From the NCBI GenBank assembly GCA_964036045.1, contig OZ038378.1:140926001-140990000 (forward strand): a stretch of DNA of 64,000 nt. Reading direction: 5' to 3'. Below the pieces are notes generated by a model. That model had not been told where the DNA came from. It worked only from the letters and a program-made list of their open reading frames with translations, and did no database searches. Of the stretch, positions 1 to 8,600 are shown piece by piece (position 1 is the stretch's first letter; the number at the start of each line of letters is the position of its first letter). This DNA is from Eutreptiella sp. 'Long Island Sound 2002'. Taxonomy: Eukaryota > Protista > Euglenida. The translations under genes were made by a program, and so were the position numbers.

Positions 1-1100
1 GCAACTCATGCAATGTACTGTCCCTGCCTGGAGGCAGTGGGCAGTGGAACTCCTGCAATACACTGCCTCACTGCCTGGGGGCAGCGGGCAGTGCAACTCC
101 TGCAATGCACTGCCTCACTTCCTGGGGACAGTGGGCAGTGGAACTCGTGCAATGCACTGCCTCATTGCCCTGGGGCAGTGGGCAGTGGAACCCCTGCAAC
201 GCACTGCCCCAGTGCCTGGGGGCAGTGGGCAGTGGACCCCTGCAATACACTGCCCCACTGCCTTGGGGCAGTGGGCATTGTAACTCCTGCAATGCACTGC
301 CTCACTGCCTGGGGGCAGTGCAACTCATGCAATGCACTGCCTCACTGCCTGGAGGCAGTTGGCAGGGCAACTCCTGCAATGCACTGCCTCACTGCCTGGG
401 GGCAGCGGGCAGTGCAACTCCTGCAATGCACTGCCTCACTGCCTGGGGGCAGTGGGCAGTGGACCTCCTGCAATACACTGCCGCACTGCCCTGGGGGCAG
501 TGGGCAGTGCAATTCCTGCATTACTCTGCCCCACTGCCTGGGGGCAGTGGGCAGTGGAACCCCTGCAACGCACTGCCCACTGCCCTGGGGGCAGTGGGCA
601 GTGCAACTCCTGCCATACACTGCCTCACTGCCTGGGGGCAGTGGGCAGTGGAACTTCTGCAATGCACTGCCTCACTGCCCTGGGGCAGTGGCCAGTGGAA
701 CTCCCGCAATACACTGCCGCACTTCCTGGGGGCAGAGGGCAGTGGAACTCCTGCAATACACTGCCGCACTGCCTGGGGGCAGTGGGCAGTGGAACTCCTG
801 CAATACACTGCCGCACTGCCTGGGGGCAGTGGAACCCTTGCAACGCACTGCCCCACTGCCTGGGGACAGTGGGCAGTGGACCCCCTGCAATACACTGCCG
901 CACTACCTGGGGGCAGTGGGCAGTGTAACTCCTGCAATGCACTGCCTCACTGCCTGGGGGCAGTGGGCAGTGCAACTCCTGCAATGCACTGCCTCACTGC
1001 CTGGAGGCAGTTGGCAGGGCAACTCCTGCAATGCACTGCCTCACTGCCTGGGGGCAGCGGGCAGTGCTACTCCTGCAATACACTACCGCACTGCCTGGGG
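1..1100. repeat. 47-bp hairpin satellite, block 1 (runs off the window start)
   Basis: Tandem unit approx. GGGGGCAGTGGGCAGTGCAACTCCTGCAATGCACTGCCTCACTGCCT; the two halves of the unit are imperfect reverse complements. Confidence 0.95.
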
Positions 1101-1178
1101 TGTGGTGCCATGCCGTGTGGCGTGGTGTGGTGTGGTGTGGTGTGGTGTGGTGTGGTGTGGTGTGGTGTGGTGTGGTGT
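1100..1178. repeat. (GTGTG)n pentanucleotide tract
   Basis: Direct reading; begins with the variant GTGTGGTGCCATGCCGTGTGG. Confidence 0.95.
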
Positions 1179-1772
1179 GCCGAAGGCGCTGTTACCAAAA
1201 GGCAAAAGGCCGGGATGTCTACCCACGGGTACAGGTAAACGGGCTGGGCTGTGTGTGTTGTGTGCGCGCTGTGCGTAAGTGTGTAGGCCTCGGCAGGGGA
1301 AGGGGGAGTCGGGGAGACCTAGTGAGTTCGCCTCTGGCGACCGCGCTTATTCCAGGAGCTCCTGCTGCACCCCTTCCCTTTCTGCTTGCTGGTGCAGGCG
1401 CAGCTCCTGCAACGCCCACGCCATCGTGCTGCCCGGGCCCAGGCGGGCCTTCTGCAGTGTGGCACGCGCCTTGGCGTGGGCGTACCAGATCCGTATGGAC
1501 TCCTCCACGACGTGGCGGAGGAACTTCGTGCCCAGCGAGTGGGGCCCCGTACACTCCAGGTGGGCTAGCTGCATGGAGGGGGTCTGCAGGGCTGCCGCCC
1601 ACTGCTCCAGCACAGTCGGTTCCCACAGCTGGTGACGCACTGGGGCCGCCCGTGGCCCCACCTTCTGGTCGAGCCACGCTGCGAGGCGCCGGCGGGCTGG
1701 CCCCCACTCGCGCGATTGAGCCGAGCAGGCCCACAGGTGGGCCGCCGTCTCGGGCTGTGTCTCGGGCAGTAG
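1179..1772 (-). mobile_element. 5'-truncated LINE-B: ORF2 C-terminus plus 3' tail
   Basis: The minus frame ending at the TAA at 1347 reads ETAAHLWAC...PARRRLAAWLDQKVGPRAAP...GPHSLGTKFL, an ETxxHLxxC zinc-finger tail typical of LINE ORF2. The 3' tail ...GGTAACAGCGCCTTCGG runs directly into (CACAC)n and recurs at 4319, 21646 and 23368. Confidence 0.8.
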
Positions 1773-2572
1773 ACAGTGCAACTCCTGCAATCCACTGCCT
1801 CACTGCCTGGGGGCGGTGGGCAGTGCAACTCCTGCAATGCACTGCCTCACTGCCCGGGGGCAGTGGGCAGTGCAACTCCTGCAATGCACCGCCTCACTGC
1901 CCTGGGGCAGTGGGCTGTGCAACTCCTGCAATGCACCGCCTCACTGCCCTGCGGCAGTGGACGGCGCAACTCCCGCAATGCACCGCCTCACTGCCTGGGG
2001 GCAGTGGGCAGTGCAACTCCTGCAATACACTGCCTCACTGCCCTGGGGCAGTGGGCAGTGGAACTCCTGCAATGCACTGCCTCACTGCCTGGGGGCAGTG
2101 GACAGTGCAACTCCTGCAATGCACTGTCTCACTGCCCTGGGACGGTGGGCAGTGTAACTTCTGCAATGCACTGTCTCACTGCCCCGGGGCAGTGGGCAGT
2201 GCAACTCCTGCAATGCACTACCTCACTGCCTGGGGGCAGTGGGCAGTGGAACTCCTGCAATGCACTGCCCCACTGCCTGGGGGCAGTGGGCAGTGGAACC
2301 CCTGCAAGGCACGGCCTCACCGCCTTGGGGGCAGTGGGCAGTGCAACTCCTGCAACGCACTGCCTCGCTGCCTGGGGGCAGTGGGCAGTGCAACTCCTGC
2401 AATGCACTGCCTCGCTGCCTGGGGGTAGTGGGCAGTGCAACTTCTGCAATGCACTGCCTCACTGCCCTGGGGCAGTTGGCAGTGGAACTCCTGCAATGCA
2501 CTGCCTCGCTGCCTGGGGGCAGTGGACAGTGCAACTTTGGCAATGCACTGCCCACTGCCCCAGGGCAGTGAG
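1765..2572. repeat. 47-bp hairpin satellite, block 2
   Basis: Same unit as 1-1100; joins the LINE-B fragment through a GGGCAGT microhomology near 1765. Confidence 0.95.
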
Positions 2573-2616
2573 GTGTGGTGTGGTGTGGTGTGGTATGGTG
2601 TGGTGTGGTGTGGTGT
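2572..2616. repeat. (GTGTG)n tract
   Basis: Direct reading. Confidence 0.95.
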
Positions 2617-3429
2617 GGAGGAGGAGGAGGAGGAGGAGCGCCTGCCGTGGTCCCACGTACGGTGAGCCGTGGCGTCGTCCCTGGGGGGCCCCACGCAGGC
2701 TCTGCCGAGGGAGTCCTCCGTCTTACCTCCGCTAGAGTAAGATGAATCTCGTCGCACACCTGAGAACGCCCCTCCCAGCAGGCCGTCTGGGTCTAAGCAC
2801 CGGTGTACGACCACGCTACGGTCTGATCAGCTCTCCGGTCCCGGCCACCGACTGCCCCGATCTGTCCTGGATCCACCCGAGTCAGCGTTCCAAGATCAAC
2901 GTGAGCTGAGAAGGTGTGGGTCTCCCGGGGCCTCACCCCCGACTTGAAAACGTCGCCGGGCTAAATAGAACGCGGCCCAGCACGACTATGCGCACTGCCG
3001 GTGGGCTGAGTACCGCCGGCGTCGCGAGTACGGTCACGCCACACGATCACGCGCACCCCCGGTGGCCTGGGTACCCCCGGGTTATGTGAGTGCGGGACGT
3101 GCGTCACGGCCATAGCACCACGGTGGTGCACCGCCGTGGAGGTCACCGACGACGCCCGGCCGCAAAGGCCGGGCCCAAACGACAAGCCCCACGATACGTG
3201 TACCGAGACGGCACGTGACCGAGAAAATGGCACCACGATGGTGCCCGAGCGAGACGGCGACGTTCGTCAATGGCACGTGAGGCGGTGAGTACCGCCGATG
3301 ACACGTCACCTCTGCACGGGGTGTCACGGAGCTTGGCGGAGCGCCAGGTGCAGACCTCGCCATGGTGCCTCGTGTATCGGCCTGGAGGATACACCATGGC
3401 CAGGCTGGCGCACGAAGACCGTCTGGGCA

Positions 3430-3804
3430 GCACCACGGTGGCGCTCTGCCCTGAAGGTTGCGCCACGACGGCGCATGCGGACGTTGACTGCACCACGGCG
3501 GCGCCATGTCACTGAACTGGCGCCACGTCGGCGCAAGGCTGTCTGGGCAGCGCCGCGGTGGCGCTCTGCCCTGAGGATTGCGCCACGGTTTCGCACGGCC
3601 CTAGAGGAGGCGCAGCACTGGCATACCCGTACGTCAGCTGCGCCACGATGGCGCACGTGCACGCTGGCGGCACCACGATGGCGCTTCGCCACTGGACTGG
3701 CGCCACGGCGGCGTAGGGCTGTCTGGGCAGCGCCACGATGGCGCCCTGCCCCGAAGATCGTGCCACAGCGGCGCACGTATTCGTCGGCGGCACCACGGTG
3801 GTAC
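3430..3804. repeat. 30-bp-period array: 15-nt palindrome GCGCCACGRTGGCGC plus 15-nt spacer, 13 units
   Basis: Palindrome variants start at 3430, 3460, 3490 and so on to 3790 in exact register; spacers recur with a four-unit (120-bp) period. Confidence 0.9.
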
Positions 3805-4004
3805 CCTGCCAGTGAGCCGGCGCGTGAAGGGGGAGCGTGGGTGAGCCTGGGCGGCTGGGGGGCCCTGTCCCTCACGGCACAGCACCGTTCTCCCTCGGGG
3901 GGTGCCCTCGGGGGGTGGCAGGGGTGGGCCCTGGGCTGACGCGGGTGAGCGAGCGAGCGAGTGAGTGAGTGGGTGAGTGAGTGAGTGAGTGAGTAAACAC
4001 GTGG

Positions 4005-4084
4005 CCGTTGCCTGGCTGTGCTTGTGGGCAACCCGTCCCACAGCTACCATCCTGGGGTTTTTTATCCTGGTGCCAGGCCACCAG
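4005..4084 (-). ncRNA. Structured 5' leader (partner copy 1)
   Basis: Minus strand CTGGTG-GCCTGG-CACCAG hairpin, A-rich linker, CCAGG, then a TGTGGG/CCCACA stem; homologous to 14638-14716. Confidence 0.6.
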
Positions 4085-4197
4085 ATATCGAGCAGGTGCA
4101 CTGTGTGTGGCAGCGGTGCATCTGCCCCTCACAGGCTGCACCTCTGGCCCAGGGAGGAGTCCTGGACGGGTGGCGGGCGGGGTGGGCCCGGCCTGAC
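4085..4197 (-). mobile_element. Fragment of the interior of the copy-2 partner subfamily
   Basis: Matches ~16320-16400 (GTGCATCTG...GGCCCAGGGAGG...GGGTGGGCCCGGCCTGAC). Confidence 0.75.
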
Positions 4198-4318
4198 GAG
4201 GTGGTGTGGTGTGATGTGGTGTGGTGCGGTGCGGTGCAGTGCGGTGCGGTGCGGTGCGGTGAGGTGCGGTGCGGTGTGGTGTGGTGAGGTGCGGTGCGGT
4301 GCGGTGCGGTGTGGTGTG
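4198..4318. repeat. (GTGTG/GTGCG)n tract
   Basis: Direct reading. Confidence 0.95.
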
Positions 4319-5220
4319 CCGAAGGCGCTGTTACCAAAAGGCAAAGGCCGGGATGTCTACCCACGGGTACAGGTAAACGGGCTGGGCTGTGTGTGTTGTG
4401 TGCGCGCTGTGTGTAAGTGTGTTGTGGCATGGCCGGACCAGTGCACTCTCGCACTTGGCCGACACTGCCTTGCCGACGCCTGCGCGCAGTCACACAGGGT
4501 CTCATTTGCCCACTGCACCCTGCGTGCCGCGCTGCACAACCAGTGCCTTCTGTGTGGTGCCGCACTGCTTGGTGCTCTGCACCACACTGCACTGTGTGTG
4601 CCCTGCTGCACTGTTGCCGTGGGCAGGGGGCAGTGGGCAGTGGAACTCCTGCAATGCACTGCCGCACTGCCTGGGGGCATTGGGCAGTGGACCTCCTGCA
4701 ATGCACTGCCCCACTGCCTGGGGGCAGTGGGTAGTGGACCTCCTGCAATCCACTGCCTGACTGCCCGGGGGCAGTGGGCAGTGCAACTCCTGCAATACAC
4801 TGCCCCACTGCCTTGGGGCAGTGGGCAGTGGACCTCCTTCAATACACCGCCTCACTGCCTGGGGGCAGTGGGCAGTGGACCTCCTGCAATACACTGCCGC
4901 ACTGCCTGGGGGCAGTGGGCAGTGGACCTCCTTCAATGCACTGCTCCACTGCCTGGGGGCAGTAGGCAGTGGACCTCCCGCAACACACTGCCTCACTGCC
5001 TGGGGGCAGTGGGCAGTGGACTACCTCCTGCAATACACTGCCCCACTGCCTGGGGGCAGTGGGCAGTGCAACTCCTGCAATACACGGCCGCATTGCCTGG
5101 GGGCAGTGGGCAGTGCAACTCCTGCAATGCATTGCCTCACTGCCCTCGGGCAGTAGGCAGTGGAACTCCTGCAATACACTGCCTCACTGCCTGGGGGCAG
5201 TGGGTAGTGCAACTCCTGGT
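4319..5220 (-). mobile_element. Putative satellite-carrying non-autonomous element with a LINE-B 3' tail
   Basis: 4319-~4420 is nearly identical to the LINE-B tail at 1179-1285. About 200 bp of CACTGC-rich sequence follows and grades into the 47-bp satellite, and pentamer tracts lie on both sides. Confidence 0.6.
4625..5220. repeat. 47-bp hairpin satellite, block 3
   Basis: Same unit as blocks 1 and 2. Confidence 0.95.
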
Positions 5221-5235
5221 GGTGTGGTGTGGTGT

Positions 5236-5645
5236 GGAGGAGGAGGAGGAGGAGGAGCGCCTGCCGCGGTCCCACGTACGGTGAGCCTTGGCGTCGTCCC
5301 TCGGGGGCCAAACGCAGGCTCTGCCGAGGGAGTCCTCCGTTTTACCTCCGCTAGAGCAAGACGAATCTCGTCGCACACCTGAGAACGCTCCTCCCAGCAG
5401 GCCGTCTGGGTCACAACGTCAGTGTACGACAACGCTACGGCTCGATCTGCTCTCCGGTCCCGGCCACCAACCGCTCCGAACTGTCCTGGATCCACCCGAG
5501 TAAGCGTTCCAAGATCAACGTGCACGGAAGATGTGGGTCTCCCGGGGCATCACCTCCGACTTAGAACGCCGCCAGACAAGGAGCGCGGTCCGGCACGACT
5601 GCGCGCAGCACCGGAACGGTCCGGGCGCGGGAGGTCGAGGACGGG
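5236..5645 (-). other. LINE-A 3' UTR/tail with a stem-loop and (CCT)n terminus
   Basis: Follows the ORF2 TGA and is conserved in 2617-~3000 and 14966-~15350. The sense strand has a TCCCTCGG/CCGAGGGA stem shortly before the tail. Confidence 0.85.
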
Positions 5646-8600
5646 TCACGGGCGGGGATAGGGCCACGGGGCGGGCCGACCCATGGCCACCTGCATGTCC
5701 TTAAAGACCGTGCGGGGTCCTTGGGAAGCCGCAGTGAGGATGGCCGAGAACGCAGAATGTAGTGCGGCACACCACGAGGGGGTCACATCTCCACAGAGGC
5801 CGGCTTCCAGGCTCCGTCCATTGCCACCGTAATGGATGGCCCAGAGGCGGCGTCGACCTGGGAGATGAGGGGCAAGCCCGTGCCGTCCGAGACTGTCCAA
5901 GATGATGACGTCATGGGGATTCTGCTCCACCTCCTGCCACATGGTCGGCGGAATCTGGTTCGACCCGTTGTACACATACAGGACACGGTACGGACTGTGC
6001 TTGCTCCGGGTGGAGATGACGGACTTCACCTTAGGGGCCAGGAGGAGGTCCCCTGATAGCCAGAGTCCTAGGAGGATGTCCCAGGCCGGCCACCTGCCCG
6101 AGCCGGGCGTTGGGGCCCAGTTGGCTACGTGATACCACTCTGGCGGTGGGTCGTTGGCGAGGGACTGGTTAACGGGGGCCCGCGGTAGGGGAGAGAGGTG
6201 GTCGGCAAGAGGTAGAACGGGCACCGCGTGCCGCTTATGTAGGAGAACGGTAGTGAGAACGACATCGCAGAGTAGGCGACGGAGACGCGCAGGACGCAGA
6301 CCTCTGTGCAGCAGGGCATCCCTGTGTGGCGTGGAGATGGCTCCGAGACGACCAACAGTGTAGGTTGCGATGGTGTGGTGGGCCGGGGAGCCATCCACAG
6401 CCAGTATGAACGGCTCGTCCCCCCAAAGGACGAGGGTGCCCCAAGCAGTGGGCGTACAGTGGCGCCAGGCATGGCACCTCTGAGAGAGTCGGGCCGCCAG
6501 CCACCGATGGTAGTGGGCGCGGATGAGCGGGTCTAGCGGGCACGAGAGGATATGGTCCCCGGAGGCGGGCATGGTGCAGAGGGGGCAGGACGTATCTCTC
6601 GGGGGGAACAGGGAGAGGCGGATGCCGGTGACCGTGAGGTGGTCCCCCCACGTGATGAGACCGTGGCTGACGATGTTGGCGTACTCGTTGAGGTCGGGGA
6701 GGTGTTGTGGCGGGGGGGACGCAGAGAAGGCGTGGTGGGAGGCGAGCAAGGCGCGGCGCGCGTGGGGCACGGCGTCGTGGACCTGGAGGCCCGCGTGGGA
6801 GAAGCAGACGCGGGGTTTCTGTAGGGGGCCGAGCCATCCCACGGCGTCCGGGCAATTGTCCGCAGCTTGCCCTGCCGCTTCGTCCACCCGGTCCAGCAGG
6901 GTATCGAGCCAGGTGCCGGCGATATGGGAATAGAGGTGATGGGGAGGGGCATGACCGTGGGCCATGTCGCGACACGATCTTATGAGATCTCCCTGCAGCG
7001 AGTCTTCCGGCTCGCGGCGCCCTTCCTGCGCCGTGATGTACCCTTTGCAGTCCGCGAAGTGCCACGCACCGGATCGGAAGCCGATGGCAGGGTCGGCTGA
7101 GGGCCCCTTGGCGGTGAGGGCCACCCACGCCGTGTACAGCTCCGCCGTGTAGGCGTTGTCCAGCCTCAAGGGGATGGGGACGGGGTACACCTGGTACCGG
7201 AGGGTGACGGGGCAGAACACCGCCACTGCCCCGCCGCAGCGCCGGGTCTTCGGGCACCACGACGCGTCGTGGAGGATCCCATAGTTCTCAGGGAGCCAGG
7301 AGAACGTGGGGACGGTCGCAGTCACCGCTTGGCAGCGTCTAACCGGGGGGACGGTGCCGACCGGCGGAGTGGGGCGGGGCGAGGCCCGGGGCCACCCCTT
7401 GCGTCGCGCGTCCTCTGTACTGCGACGGCCCGCAAGCATCCACGCGTGGGTGTCCTGGACCTCGAGTCCGGGTGACGACAGGGCCAGCACATGGGGGGTG
7501 TGGTGTGGCAGATGGCTGTCAGGGGGTAAGTGGATGGCGATGTCGCACCGGTGGCACAGGGCAACAAATAGATCGTGGTCTGTGGGGTGTGCGGTGCACC
7601 GGAGTCCGAGCTCCGGGGTGAGGCAGGGCTGGGAAGGATGGAACCGCCAGAGGGCAGTGAGGAGCCCGTGGCGCGTGGACCGGCAGACCAGGGAGTTGGG
7701 GTGGTTCAGGTGTCGGATGTAGACGCCGAAGAAGTTAGTAAACCCAACGACCGGTGCCGGGGGTATACCGACTCCCCCTTCGGGGACCTCACGGAGGAAG
7801 TGAGCAGAGGCGGAGAGGGTCCACCCAGCGGTGGCGCGCATGGCCGAGGCGGTCATGGCGTCCAGCACGCGCAGGGCCCCGTAGGAGGGGGGGCGGACAC
7901 TGGTAAACCAGTTGACCGTCCCATGACACTTGGCAGTATACATGGCGAGGGGGTAGTGGGCGGGGAGTCGTGGGGCGCGGAGCGCCCGGCACGCAGCGCG
8001 GGCGCCCGAGAACAGGCGCCGGGAGTCGACGGGATGGAAGAGGTGGGGAAGGGCATGGCGGCCAAGGACGCGGACGTAGTCCTGGCTCGTGGCACATCGC
8101 ACGGGGTGACCATTGAGGTATACCGTGTCGTTGAGGAAATAGACCTGACCATCGCGCATGTCGGTGCCGATCAAGACCGTTTTTGTTGGGTCTGGGTGGA
8201 GGTTGGTGAGGCGGCCCGCTCTCTCAATGCCGCTGGCGAGGGCGGGCAAATGGCAACGGTCGCCTGGCAGCCACTGGGTGTCATCCATCAGGAGAACCCG
8301 GTTCAGCGGGCCCGCGGGGGTGTCGGTGGGGGGGATGGAACGGCAGGCTTCGTGCCCCCGAACTTCGCCATATATGCAGTACTTCATGCCGGACACGGGG
8401 CATCCTTGCCCCGTGCCGGCCCCCAGCCGGGTGGAGGACGGAGAGCGTCCGTCAGCTCCCCCCATGTGCACCTCAAGGGCGCGGTCATGGTGCTGAAGGG
8501 TCGCGGCGTCGGTCGGGGAGATCCCTGCGGCGGTGAGGACGGCGTACTCGGTGGTGTGGTTGATTGAGCCATAGGCGTGGCGGACATCGTCCGACAGGAC

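Larger units (their letters stand above)
2617..4084 (-). mobile_element. Non-autonomous partner of LINE-A, copy 1 (~1.47 kb)
   Basis: Shares the 3' ~370 nt (2617-~3000, with the (CCT)n tail) and the 5' ~79-nt leader (4005-4084) with LINE-A. The interior has no RT or endonuclease motifs and is homologous to 14966-16523. Confidence 0.9.

Noticed and set aside
3430-3804. CRISPR array interpretation of the 15+15 repeat (also 15783-16292)
   Set aside because: Spacers are only 15 nt and recur every fourth unit, repeats are degenerate, there are no cas genes, and the context is eukaryotic retroelement.
8-5382. Long ORFs such as HCLGAVGSGTPAMHC... and LQCTASLPGGSGQ...
   Set aside because: They are translations of the stop-free 47-bp satellite. 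The unit is not a multiple of 3 and overlapping frames are all open, so there is no evidence of coding.
5184-5525. Protein-like frame in the A-type 3' tail (VALSYTDVVTQTACWEERSQVCDEIRLALAEVKRR), similar in copy 2
   Set aside because: No ATG, no stop before it runs into (CCT)n and the target repeat, and copy 1 has an in-frame TAG near 2793. Conservation is explained by the shared tail.
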